From assembly GCF_000039765.1 (NCBI RefSeq), contig NC_004459.3:660001-692000 (forward strand): DNA of 32,000 nt, read 5' to 3'. The position numbers and the translations under genes are program-made. The DNA comes from Vibrio vulnificus CMCP6 (GTDB taxonomy: Bacteria; Pseudomonadota; Gammaproteobacteria; Enterobacterales; Vibrionaceae). The notes below the pieces were generated by a model, which was not told the DNA's origin, did not search any database, and worked only from the letters and a program-made list of their open reading frames with translations. This document shows, piece by piece, positions 1 through 9,418 of this stretch. Within the stretch, counting starts at the first letter, position 1. Each line of letters starts with the position of its first letter.

Positions 1-722
1 TGCTCAGCGTTTGATTCGGCAATCTCACGCTCAACACGCTCACCCGATGCATCATATACCGCAACCTCACGGCGCGTAATTTCTGCAACGTCCCCTTCTT
101 CTAGGTACATAAAGCGGCGAGTTACGTTAAGCAGTGCCAGTTGGTCGGAAGCAAGGAAGTTTTCACCCACACCAAAACCAATCACAATCGGACTACCAGA
201 ACGAGCCACCACGATGCGCGAAGGATCGTTACGATCCAAGACAACCGTGCCGTAAGCACCTTCCAATTGTTTAACGGTTTTTTGTACGGCTTCAAGTAAT
301 GACGCTGCGGTACGCAATTCCCACTCAACCAAGTGAGCAATCACTTCAGTATCCGTTTGAGATTCAAACACATAGCCACGAGATTGCAACAACTCACGTA
401 GCGTTTCATGGTTTTCAATAATGCCGTTATGTACCACGCTGATGTCGCCCGACTGATGTGGGTGCGCGTTGATCTCAGAAGGCTCACCATGAGTCGCCCA
501 ACGCGTGTGCGCGATCCCCGTCCCACCAACGACCTCGGCTTGATCCACAGCATCCGCCAATTCTTGTACTTTACCCAAGCGACGAATTCGAGTTAGGTTG
601 GATTGGCTATCAACCACTGCAACACCCGCAGAGTCATAACCGCGGTATTCTAAACGACGTAGACCTTCAACCAAGATCTCTGCGACATCACGCTGTGCAA
701 CAGCACCAACGATTCCACACAT
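1..722 (-). CDS. glmS: Glutamine--fructose-6-phosphate aminotransferase (isomerizing), N-terminal part; gene runs off the left window edge
   Basis: Minus-strand reading from CAT at 720-722 gives [36 protein letters not shown]..., the class-II glutamine amidotransferase N-terminus with Cys2. Open to the window edge. Confidence 0.96.
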   Translation of the reverse strand, partial: MCGIVGAVAQRDVAEILVEGLRRLEYRGYDSAGVAVVDSQSNLTRIRRLGKVQELADAVDQAEVVGGTGIAHTRWATHGEPSEINAHPHQSGDISVVHNGIIENHETLRELLQSRGYVFESQTDTEVIAHLVEWELRTAASLLEAVQKTVKQLEGAYGTVVLDRNDPSRIVVARSGSPIVIGFGVGENFLASDQLALLNVTRRFMYLEEGDVAEITRREVAVYDASGERVEREIAESNAE

Positions 723-748
723 GTTTTATCTCCATTTTTATTTTTTGC

Positions 749-785
749 TTCCTCGTACTTCGCAAGCAAAAGTCGTTACGAGGAA
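749..785 (-). other. Inverted repeat between the DeoR-type regulator and glmS
   Basis: TTCCTCGTA (749-757) and TACGAGGAA (777-785) form a perfect 9-bp stem in the short gap between the two genes. Confidence 0.5.
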
Positions 786-790
786 AAAGA

Positions 791-1552
791 TTAGGCACAG
801 ATGACGCGCACGCCATTGGCTTCCATTTCGGCTTTGTGTTCTGGCAGCAAGTCATTGTTGGTGATCAGAATATCGATCATCTCCCACGCCAGTTCGAGAT
901 TCGGGATTTTGCGCCCCACCTTATCGGACTCAACCATGACGATCACTTCTCGTGAGACTTCCGCCATCACTTTGCTCAGGCCGACAAGTTCATTAAATGT
1001 GGTGGTCCCACGGGTCAGGTCAACACCATCTGCGCCGATGAAGAGCTGATCAAAGTCGTACGATCGCAACACCGATTCGGCCACTTTTCCTTGGAAGGAT
1101 TCAGAATGGTTGTCCCAAGTTCCGCCAGTCATTAAAAGCGTAGGTTCACTTTCCAGCTCGTTCAACGCGTTGGCTACGTGCAATGAGTTGGTCATCACCA
1201 CCAAACCGCGTTTGCTGTTGAGTTGCTGAATAAGCGCCCCGGTTGTGCTACCGCTGTCGATCACGATACGGTTGTGGTCTCGAATCAGCTCCGCCGCTTT
1301 CTCTGCGAGTTTTAGCTTTCGATCCGAAACGTTTTGACTCATTTCTTCATGAATCACTTCTTTGGGGATCGCAATCGCGCCACCGTAGCGGCGCAACAAT
1401 TGGCCATTCTTTTCTAATGACGCCAAATCCTTTCGAATCGTGACTTCTGAGGTGTCAAATTTATGAGCGAGCTCGTCAACACTGACCTCTCCTTTCTCAT
1501 TAACCAGTTTAGAAATACTGTGTCTTCTCAGCTGAGTGTTTCGTTTCGACAT
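791..1552 (-). CDS. DeoR/GlpR-family transcriptional regulator, adjacent to glmS
   Basis: 253 aa; MSKRNTQLRRHSISKLVNEKGEVSVDELAHKFDTSEVTIRKDLASLEKNGQLLRRYGGA is a DeoR HTH, followed by a DeoRC-like sensor domain (IDSGSTTGALIQQL, LFIGADGVD). Confidence 0.9.
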   Translation of the reverse strand: MSKRNTQLRRHSISKLVNEKGEVSVDELAHKFDTSEVTIRKDLASLEKNGQLLRRYGGAIAIPKEVIHEEMSQNVSDRKLKLAEKAAELIRDHNRIVIDSGSTTGALIQQLNSKRGLVVMTNSLHVANALNELESEPTLLMTGGTWDNHSESFQGKVAESVLRSYDFDQLFIGADGVDLTRGTTTFNELVGLSKVMAEVSREVIVMVESDKVGRKIPNLELAWEMIDILITNNDLLPEHKAEMEANGVRVICA

Positions 1553-1982
1553 TTAACTTTTAACTTTAAGTTTCGAATTGAAAGAAATTATAGTTGAAGT
1601 GAAACTTTTTAGTCCATTTATTTCGATCCAAAAAATTAATAAATAGCGCTGAAACCTTGTCCTAAGACAATTCTTAGACAGTGATATTGACTGAATTCAG
1701 TGGTAGAATTCGCCTCCGAAAAGAAAATTTATTACAGAATTGACCGTTATTTTTTTGCAACTTTCTTCATATAAAGTGGATAAAGTCACAAAAATAGAGA
1801 ATTTTGAATTATTGAGTTGGTCATAAAATGACTAAACTTGATGAAAGACTTTCAACCCTGATGTCATTAAGTTTTTTGTAGATAGGCCCGCTGAGAAGCT
1901 AAAAAAAGTGGGACATGTAAAGGCATTAGGCTACAAACACCGACTTTCAAATTGTAACTATATTGACCGGAGAGTATCTTCC

Positions 1983-3395
1983 ATGAAAAAGACCAAAATC
2001 GTATGTACGATTGGCCCAAAAACTGAGTCTGTAGAGAAACTGACTGAACTAGTCAACTCAGGTATGAACGTAATGCGCCTGAACTTTTCTCACGGTGACT
2101 ACGTAGAGCACGGCACTCGTATCGCGAACTTCCGCCAAGTAATGGAAAACACAGGTAAGCAACTTGCTATCTTACTAGACACTAAAGGTCCAGAAATCCG
2201 CACTATCAAACTAGAAAACGGCGACGACGTTGATCTAGTAGCTGGTCAAGAATTCACTTTCACGACTGATACTTCTGTTGTTGGTAACAAAGACATCGTA
2301 GCAGTAACTTACCCAGGTTTTGCTGCGGATCTATCTGCTGGTAACACTATCCTAGTTGACGATGGTCTAATCGAGATGGAAGTTATCGCAACGACTGCGA
2401 CTGAAGTTAAGTGTAAAGTACTGAACAACGGTGCTCTAGGCGAAAACAAAGGTGTTAACCTACCAGGCGTTTCTGTAAACCTACCTGCACTATCTGAAAA
2501 AGACAAAAACGACCTTAAATTTGGTTGTGAGCAAGGCGTTGACTTCGTTGCAGCATCTTTCATCCGTAAAGCATCTGACGTAAAAGAAATCCGTGAAGTT
2601 CTAGCAGCAAACGGCGGCGCGAACATTCAGATCATTTCTAAGATTGAAAACCAAGAAGGTGTTGATAACTTCGACGAAATCCTAGAGCTTTCTGACGGTA
2701 TCATGGTTGCTCGTGGTGACCTAGGTGTAGAAATCCCTGCAGAAGAAGTTATCTTCGCACAGAAGATGATGATCGAAAAATGTAACCGCGCACGTAAAGT
2801 GGTTATCACTGCAACTCAAATGCTAGATTCTATGATCAAGAACCCACGTCCAACTCGTGCTGAAGCGGGTGACGTTGCGAACGCAATCATGGATGGTACT
2901 GATGCAGTCATGCTTTCTGGCGAAACAGCGAAAGGTAAATACCCTGTTGAAGCGGTAACTATCATGGCGCAAATCGCTAACCGTACTGATTCTGTACTAA
3001 AAGCAGAGCTAGGCTCTCGTCTAGACAGCCCACGCCTACGTATCACTGAAGCGGTATGTAAAGGTGCAGTAGACACAGCTGAGAAACTAGCAGCACCACT
3101 GATCATCGTTGCAACTGAAGGTGGTAAGTCTGCACGCTCTGTACGTAAGTACTTCCCAACTGCAAACATTCTTGCGCTAACGACGAACAAGAAGACAGCA
3201 GCTCAACTTGTACTGACTAAAGGTGTTACACCTGTTGTTGTTGATTCAATCGACAACACGGATGCGTTCTACGTAACCGGTAAAGAGCTTGCTCTTGAAT
3301 CTGGCCTAGGTAGCAAAGGCGACATCGTTGTGATGGTATCTGGTGCTCTTGTTGCATCTGGTACAACGAATACTGCGTCAGTACACGTACTATAA
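1983..3395 (+). CDS. pykF: Pyruvate kinase
   Basis: [16 protein letters not shown]...[12 protein letters not shown]...[12 protein letters not shown]...GDLGVEIP. The track ORF starts at GTG 1908, but the ATG at 1983 matches the conserved N-terminus and follows a GGAG motif. Confidence 0.97.
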   Translation: MKKTKIVCTIGPKTESVEKLTELVNSGMNVMRLNFSHGDYVEHGTRIANFRQVMENTGKQLAILLDTKGPEIRTIKLENGDDVDLVAGQEFTFTTDTSVVGNKDIVAVTYPGFAADLSAGNTILVDDGLIEMEVIATTATEVKCKVLNNGALGENKGVNLPGVSVNLPALSEKDKNDLKFGCEQGVDFVAASFIRKASDVKEIREVLAANGGANIQIISKIENQEGVDNFDEILELSDGIMVARGDLGVEIPAEEVIFAQKMMIEKCNRARKVVITATQMLDSMIKNPRPTRAEAGDVANAIMDGTDAVMLSGETAKGKYPVEAVTIMAQIANRTDSVLKAELGSRLDSPRLRITEAVCKGAVDTAEKLAAPLIIVATEGGKSARSVRKYFPTANILALTTNKKTAAQLVLTKGVTPVVVDSIDNTDAFYVTGKELALESGLGSKGDIVVMVSGALVASGTTNTASVHVL

Positions 3396-3424
3396 GAATT
3401 CGTTACAATTTGTAAAAAATAAAA

Positions 3425-3448
3425 AGAGGGCCTCGGCCCTCTTTTTTT
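3425..3448 (+). terminator. Rho-independent terminator after pykF
   Basis: AGAGGGCC-TC-GGCCCTCT followed by TTTTTT. Confidence 0.9.
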
Positions 3449-3562
3449 ATGAAACGGCTTGCGATAACAATCAGTACGCTATATTATCAACCAGAATTGC
3501 GTACCGTTAAAATAATCACATTCTTACTAAATAAAATATATTGTTATCAATGAGGTTTTCTT

Positions 3563-4225
3563 GTGTCTAGCCCGACCCTAACTGACAAAGTATCAAAAAT
3601 GATCTGCCAGGATATTCTTCATGGCGAGCTGAAACCAGGACAAAAATTAGTCGTTGCGGATCTAAAAGACAAGTACAACGTTGGGGCATCACCAATCCGC
3701 GAAGCACTCGTGCAGCTCTCTTGGAGCAAATACGTCAAGCTTGAACCACAAAAAGGCTGTTGGGTTGCCCCAGTCTGCGAAAACGAACTGCGCGATCTTT
3801 ATGAAAGCCTACGCGTCGTGGCTCCTGTTTTGCTGAAAAAAGCAATCGCTTGCGGAAATGAAAACTGGGAACTTGAAGTACTAACGGCTTATCACAAACT
3901 TTCTCGTGCTCAGAATTTAGACACCACACCAGATTGGGCAGAATGGGAAGAGCGCCACAACCATTTCCACACCACGTTACTTGCAGGCGCTGAAGCAAGA
4001 AACATGTTTGATTTCTTTAGAGATCTCGCCAATCAGATTAAACGCTACCGCTATTTTGCTCTCTCTCAACATCAAGGTAATAAGCACTCTCTGTTTGATA
4101 TTGAAGAGCATGAGATGATCATGAAACTTGCTTTGGCAAAAAATTCCGAAGAAGCGGCACGCCTTTTAGACAGCCATCTTGATAGTTCGATGAAAATGAT
4201 TGAATCCGCTATCCAAGCCGCTTAA
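3563..4225 (+). CDS. GntR-family transcriptional regulator with FCD-like C-terminal domain
   Basis: 220 aa, GTG start; LTDKVSKMICQDILHGELKPGQKLVVADLKDKYNVGASPIREALVQL is a typical GntR wHTH. Confidence 0.88.
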   Translation: MSSPTLTDKVSKMICQDILHGELKPGQKLVVADLKDKYNVGASPIREALVQLSWSKYVKLEPQKGCWVAPVCENELRDLYESLRVVAPVLLKKAIACGNENWELEVLTAYHKLSRAQNLDTTPDWAEWEERHNHFHTTLLAGAEARNMFDFFRDLANQIKRYRYFALSQHQGNKHSLFDIEEHEMIMKLALAKNSEEAARLLDSHLDSSMKMIESAIQAA

Positions 4226-4244
4226 TTTCATTTTGCAGAAACAA

Positions 4245-4272
4245 AAAAATCGGGGATATTCCCCGATTTTTT
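4245..4272 (+). terminator. Rho-independent terminator after the GntR gene
   Basis: AAAAATCGGGG-ATATT-CCCCGATTTTTT, strong stem with U-tract. Confidence 0.88.
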
Positions 4273-4280
4273 ATTTGAGT

Positions 4281-4330
4281 GATACCCAAACGACTTGAAG
4301 TGACAGCTTCAAGCTGCTGCGTTTGCATCT
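4281..4330. repeat. Possible fragment of a Vibrio interspersed repeat
   Basis: GATACCCAAACGACTTGAAGTGACAGCTTCAAGCTGCTGCGTTTGCAT contains the inverted repeat CTTGAAG/CTTCAAG in non-coding DNA. It resembles dispersed Vibrio intergenic sequence from memory only; no second copy is in this window. Confidence 0.35.
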
Positions 4331-4705
4331 ACCAACCAAAAAACTCTTTGTGATGTGTGTTGAGCAAAAGGATCAACAATAAGAAGTAAATTGCGCTCAA
4401 TTTAAATCCAAGTACCACTAGGGTTCCAATGGTCAATCTAACTAAAAAATGGTTTAACATACTCTGCCTCTAGCGCCCGAACTGAATATTTCCTTATAAA
4501 CACGCAACGCGCGACGTTTCCGTTCAAGACAAGGGCAAACTGCACTGGACCGATCTTACTGTTTATCACCACCAAATATGACAGTAATCACAGCAAACTC
4601 ACTTAGGGGTGACAGTTTACTTAATAACCATTTTAGTTCAATTTTGCTCACATATTAGACTTTAGTCTAACTGTATATATCTCGTTACAATTCCATCGTA
4701 GCGGA

Positions 4706-6586
4706 TTAAGCGAGATCTTCATCGTTGTAGCAGAGGGAGACTTTGTTGCGACCAGAGCTTTTAGAGTCGTACAAGGCAATATCAGCACACTTATAACTGA
4801 GGGTGCTGTTGGAGGTGAGTTCGGTATAGCCCACGCTAATCGTGACATCGACTTGTTTGGAAATCGACACTGCGACACGCAGACGATTTAACACCACTTC
4901 CGCGGCGGAAACGGTGGTATGTGGCATGATGATGGCAAACTCTTCACCACCAACGCGCGCTAAGACATCGGTGTTTCTCAAGCCATTTTGAAGAATCTTA
5001 GCCACTTCGCGTATCACACGATCACCTTCATCATGGCCTTGCTCATCATTCACTCGCTTAAAATAATCTATATCGACTAAGGCTAAACATGCCATAGGCG
5101 TCGCTGGATAGCGCTCGATCAAGCTGGTATGTTGAGCAAGCTGCTGTTCAAATTTACGTCGGTTCCAGATTTGTGTCAGTTCATCACGCTCACTTAAGTT
5201 TCTCAAACGTTCCTCAAGTTCTTTGCGCGCACTGATATCCACCAGCGAAGTAATGTAGTAGCTCACTTGATTGAGAGAGTTTTTCACCGCCTGAATACGC
5301 ATGATCACTGTGATGATGTGGTTGAGCTTGGTTTGGCAACGGATCTCCCCTTCCCATACCTCGTTCTTTTGTAACTCGCTCCATGCTTTGATCACGGTTT
5401 CTAATTCGTCATTCAAAAAGATCAGTTGTTGAGCACTTTTCCCTTCAATCTTATCTCCCTGATGACCAAACATCACTTCGAATTCATGATTCACAAGAAT
5501 GATGCGGTGAGAAGTGTCTGAAATCATCACGGCGGTCATGCCATTCAAAGCCGCCCTGGCCAATTTACTTTCCAAATTGCGCTGGCGATAGTGCAGTACA
5601 ATCGTCAGAGAAGGCAGTGCGACAACTAGGATCAAACACAACACAAAGAGTGCTTCACGCGTAAGATCATTCACGGCAATTTTCGAGCGTTCCATTAACT
5701 GCTGCTGATCCATATCGATCAGCAAGTAGAGATCCCTGTCTTGGCCAAAGCTAACACTGTTATGAACCACTAAATCCTGCTCATCGTAGCTGTAACCCGC
5801 TTTCTGGTGTCTAAACTGCAGCCAAGCTTGCGGATATTGATCACTGAAACGAAAGGCCGCGCGCTCTGGCAGCAAGTCACCAAACTGCTTTTCTTCTTCC
5901 TCACTGATGACGAAGTAGCCACGATCATTGACGATCTCAATGTCAAAATCTTTTACGGGTGAGTAATTCAACCGATCGGCGATGTAATCCACATTCAGAT
6001 TTAGCGCCAAATACCCTTCGCGCTCACCACGTATCGTGACTGGAGTAAAAATAGAAATAACCGGCACATAAGGTTTAATTAATTGCTCATCTCGCGTGTC
6101 TAACGTGATTCCCCATGCCCCGATCTCGCTATTTTCGAGTGTCTTGGCATAGACAAAATAGGCTTCGCTTGCATCGTTTTGCATCTTCGCCGCAGGGAAA
6201 AAGTAATTACGGCTTACGTCGTAATTGAGGCGCAACTGCTCCATCCCTTCCGTGTCCAACAAGCGGATTTCGGTATACCACTTTTGATTGACCACCACAG
6301 ATTCCCACAAAGACATTAACGCCCTTTCCGATTGAGGGTTGGGATCAACGACGAAATCCGTCAAGGTTTGGTTATAAGTCAGTAGTTGTAATACCGAGGC
6401 AACTTGATCATACAGGTTGTTGTATTCGCGCTCGGTGTAGGAGAGCTGATTAAGAGCTTCTTTCGCGGTGTTTTCAATATTGGCGTCGAGCAGATCTTGG
6501 TATTTATCCTGATAGTAGATAGCAATGAGTGCAGCGAAAAAAGCGCTGGTCAAAATGAGAATGCCGAGTAACTTTCTGATTTTCAC
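4706..6586 (-). CDS. Membrane-anchored diguanylate cyclase: N-terminal TM plus periplasmic Cache-like sensor, second TM, PAS-like domain, GGDEF
   Basis: 626 aa. N-terminal TM (LLGILILTSAFFAALIAIYY), second TM (ALFVLCLILVVALPSLTIVL), PAS-like stretch, then RDELTQIWNRRKFEQQL...LVDIDYFKRVNDEQGHDEGD...RNTDVLARVGGEEF. Catalytic GGEEF intact, with an RxxD I-site (RNTD) five residues upstream. Confidence 0.93.
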   Translation of the reverse strand: MKIRKLLGILILTSAFFAALIAIYYQDKYQDLLDANIENTAKEALNQLSYTEREYNNLYDQVASVLQLLTYNQTLTDFVVDPNPQSERALMSLWESVVVNQKWYTEIRLLDTEGMEQLRLNYDVSRNYFFPAAKMQNDASEAYFVYAKTLENSEIGAWGITLDTRDEQLIKPYVPVISIFTPVTIRGEREGYLALNLNVDYIADRLNYSPVKDFDIEIVNDRGYFVISEEEEKQFGDLLPERAAFRFSDQYPQAWLQFRHQKAGYSYDEQDLVVHNSVSFGQDRDLYLLIDMDQQQLMERSKIAVNDLTREALFVLCLILVVALPSLTIVLHYRQRNLESKLARAALNGMTAVMISDTSHRIILVNHEFEVMFGHQGDKIEGKSAQQLIFLNDELETVIKAWSELQKNEVWEGEIRCQTKLNHIITVIMRIQAVKNSLNQVSYYITSLVDISARKELEERLRNLSERDELTQIWNRRKFEQQLAQHTSLIERYPATPMACLALVDIDYFKRVNDEQGHDEGDRVIREVAKILQNGLRNTDVLARVGGEEFAIIMPHTTVSAAEVVLNRLRVAVSISKQVDVTISVGYTELTSNSTLSYKCADIALYDSKSSGRNKVSLCYNDEDLA

Positions 6587-6697
6587 TCGTAAATTTTACC
6601 TATCAGGGAGAAGAATACCGCGGGAGTATAGCATAGATAGTAGTCAATTTAATCGCCATCAGGCACTACAGATTGATTGTAGAATCACAATAATAAT

Positions 6698-6715
6698 GAC
6701 CACCTATCGGTGGCC
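6698..6715 (-). terminator. Possible weak terminator/hairpin downstream of ilvH
   Basis: Minus strand GGCCACC-GATA-GGTGGTC, one G-U wobble; followed by a poor U-tract (ATTATTATTG). Confidence 0.35.
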
Positions 6716-6738
6716 ATTACATCATGATGAGAGATAGC

Positions 6739-7233
6739 TTACGCTTTTAGCGCTCTTTCTCCGCGAGCAATGCCGACCACACCGCTGCGCGCAACTTCAA
6801 TCACTTCCGTGACTTCAGAAATGGCCTGAATGAAAGCATCCAGTTTTTCGCTGGTACCTGCAAGTTGCACCGTGTACTGCGAGGCCGTAACGTCGACAAT
6901 CTGACCTCGGAAAATATCCGCAGTACGTTTCACTTCTGCACGAGCAAAACCACTGGCTTTCACTTTCACCATCATCAGTTCACGTTCGATATGATCGAAC
7001 TCCGTCACCTCTTGGACTTTCAGCACATCAATCAGTTTATGTAACTGCTTTTGAATCTGCTCTAACTGCATCTCGTCGGTCATCGTGGTAATGTTCAAAC
7101 GAGACAAGGTTTCATCGTCCGTTGGTGAAACGGTCAACGATTCAATGTTATAGCCACGCTGAGAGAACAGCCCTACCACACGAGACAAGGCACCCGGTTG
7201 GTTTTCCATTAACAACGAAATAATGTGTCTCAT
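6739..7233 (-). CDS. ilvH: Acetolactate synthase small regulatory subunit (class III)
   Basis: MRHIISLLMENQPGALSRVVGLFSQRGYNIESLTVSPT... ACT-domain IlvH. Confidence 0.96.
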   Translation of the reverse strand: MRHIISLLMENQPGALSRVVGLFSQRGYNIESLTVSPTDDETLSRLNITTMTDEMQLEQIQKQLHKLIDVLKVQEVTEFDHIERELMMVKVKASGFARAEVKRTADIFRGQIVDVTASQYTVQLAGTSEKLDAFIQAISEVTEVIEVARSGVVGIARGERALKA

Positions 7234-7234
7234 A

Positions 7235-8959
7235 TTAAGTTCTCTCCGTTTTGCTTAGCCACATTTTGTCCATGCCTTCGCCTTTGATTTGCATCGGGTA
7301 GACGTGCTCAGTTTCATCCACATTGATATCGACAAACACCAAGCGATCTTTCATGTCGAGGGCGCGTTTAAGCTCTGACTCGAGTTGATCGGGGGTTTCA
7401 ATGCGAATACCTACATGGCCATAAGCTTCTGCAATGGCTGCAAAATCAGGAACAGAACTCATGTATGAGTTAGAGTGGCGACCTTGATAGATAATGTCTT
7501 GCCACTGCTTCACCATTCCAAGGAAACGGTTATTCAAGTTAATAATTTTGACCGGAATGTCATATTGCATCGCAGTCGACAGTTCTTGAATGTTCATTTG
7601 GATACTGCCATCCCCCGTCACCACCACCACTTCTTCTTCTGGCATGGCGAATTTCACCCCCATACCAGCGGGCAGACCAAAGCCCATCGTGCCTAGACCA
7701 CCAGAATTGATCCAACGGCGCGGTTTGTTGAACGGGTAGTAAAGCGCAGCAAACATTTGATGCTGGCCAACATCTGATGCAACGTAAGCATCCCCATTGG
7801 TCAGCTTATGCAGTGTCTCGATCACTTGCTGTGGCTTAATGCGCTCCGAAGAGGTGTCGTAGGCGAGGCAATCTCGTGCTTTCCAGCCTTCAATTTCATC
7901 CCACCAGCTCGCTAAGGCTTGCGTATCGTTTTCAGCGCCTTGCTCTTCAAGAAGTGTCACCATGGTCTCAAGCACTTGCTCCGCTGACCCCACGATGGGT
8001 AGGTCAACTTTGACGTTTTTCGAGATCGAAGAAGGGTCGATGTCGATGTGCATGATCTTCGCATTAGGGCAGTATTTTTCTAAGTTGTTGGTGGTACGGT
8101 CATCAAAACGTACCCCAACACCAAAAATAAGATCGGCGTTATGCATCGCCATATTGGCTTCATATTTACCATGCATGCCGAGCATGCCTAGAGCGTTTTT
8201 GTGGGTCCCCGGGAAAGCACCGAGCCCCATTAGTGTGCTTACAACGGGCAAATTTAATGTTTCAGCCAGCTTGAGGATCGACTCATGCGCACCTGAGATA
8301 ATCGCACCACCACCGATATAAAGAACGGGCTTCTTCGCTTCAAGTAATGCCTTTAGCGCTTTCTTTATTTGACCTTTATGGCCCGAAGTGGTTGGTTTGT
8401 ATGACCGCATGCTGATTGACTTAGGATATTCATAAGGCAGTTTGATCAGCGGGTTCATCACATCTTTTGGTAAGTCAATCACCACAGGGCCAGGGCGGCC
8501 TGTCGTGGCAATGTAAAATGCTTTCTTGATGGTCTCAGGAATGTCTTCCGCACGCTTAACGAGGAAACTATGTTTAACCACAGGGCGAGAAACACCAACG
8601 ATATCGCACTCTTGGAAAGCATCATTACCAATTAAGCTATTGGGTACGTTTCCTGAAATAACGATCATCGGGATGGAATCCATGTAAGCCGTGGCAATTC
8701 CGGTGATGGTGTTCGTTGCGCCTGGTCCTGAACAAACTAGGACAACGCCAGGTTTGCCTGTGGCACGAGCATAACCATCAGCCATGTGGGTCGCGGCTTG
8801 TTCATGACGAACTAATACATGCTTGATTTGTTCAGTTTTGGCGTGAAGAGCATCATAAATATCCAGTACTGAACCACCGGGATAACCAAAAATTTGCTCT
8901 ACGTTTTCTTCGATCAGAGATTGAACAACCATCTCTGCGCCTGACAACATTGCTGTCAT
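7235..8959 (-). CDS. ilvI: Acetolactate synthase large catalytic subunit (class III)
   Basis: [39 protein letters not shown]..., a ThDP enzyme. The track ORF extends to 8998, but the ATG at 8957-8959 follows AAGGAGAAG and matches the conserved start. Confidence 0.96.
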   Translation of the reverse strand: MTAMLSGAEMVVQSLIEENVEQIFGYPGGSVLDIYDALHAKTEQIKHVLVRHEQAATHMADGYARATGKPGVVLVCSGPGATNTITGIATAYMDSIPMIVISGNVPNSLIGNDAFQECDIVGVSRPVVKHSFLVKRAEDIPETIKKAFYIATTGRPGPVVIDLPKDVMNPLIKLPYEYPKSISMRSYKPTTSGHKGQIKKALKALLEAKKPVLYIGGGAIISGAHESILKLAETLNLPVVSTLMGLGAFPGTHKNALGMLGMHGKYEANMAMHNADLIFGVGVRFDDRTTNNLEKYCPNAKIMHIDIDPSSISKNVKVDLPIVGSAEQVLETMVTLLEEQGAENDTQALASWWDEIEGWKARDCLAYDTSSERIKPQQVIETLHKLTNGDAYVASDVGQHQMFAALYYPFNKPRRWINSGGLGTMGFGLPAGMGVKFAMPEEEVVVVTGDGSIQMNIQELSTAMQYDIPVKIINLNNRFLGMVKQWQDIIYQGRHSNSYMSSVPDFAAIAEAYGHVGIRIETPDQLESELKRALDMKDRLVFVDINVDETEHVYPMQIKGEGMDKMWLSKTERT

Positions 8960-9343
8960 AGTGCTTCTCCTTAGCCAGTTTCCATTAAATAAGGTCAATC
9001 TAATGGGCTGGTTTTACATAGTTTAGGGCTTATTTGTAGCCTAATTCGAAAAAACTTCATTTTTGCTATGTCCTGCCTTTGTCATAACAAAGAGCAAGGT
9101 AACGCAACAAATGTAACTTTTTATTATCAGCAGGTCTAATGAGAGATAGATCGAAATTTAAACAAGATGCTATTTATTAGCACTTAATAAGGAATAAATC
9201 GCGGATAGAGGTCGTTAATCAGGATGATCACCATATTGCTTCGTTAAAAAAAGAACTAAAATTCACACCTCATCTAATTCTAACGGTGAGAATGCTGTTT
9301 TAGACAATACAAAGCAACGCTTGCCTACAGGCGTCAAAGACGG

Positions 9344-9378
9344 AAAAACCTCACTGGTGTTTCACACTCAGTGAGGTT
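9344..9378 (-). terminator. Rho-independent terminator downstream of the acyl-CoA ligase gene
   Basis: Minus strand AACCTCACTG...CAGTGAGGTT perfect 10-bp stem followed by TTT. Confidence 0.8.
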
Positions 9379-9418
9379 CATCAAGGATCAATGTGACGTC
9401 AATGTTCGACAGAAAAGC

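Noticed and set aside
1690-1701. Palindrome ACTGAATTCAGT in the pykF upstream region
   Set aside because: 12-bp palindromes are expected occasionally by chance; no second copy or adjacent promoter logic found.
1830-1883. 17-codon [20 protein letters not shown] upstream of pykF
   Set aside because: No good ribosome-binding site, no regulatory codon cluster and no following attenuator; likely chance in the pykF 5' region.
2309-3190. Track ORFs on the minus strand inside pykF (2309..2626, 2627..2809, 2816..3190)
   Set aside because: Antisense shadows of a highly conserved pykF; low-complexity peptides with no domain resemblance.
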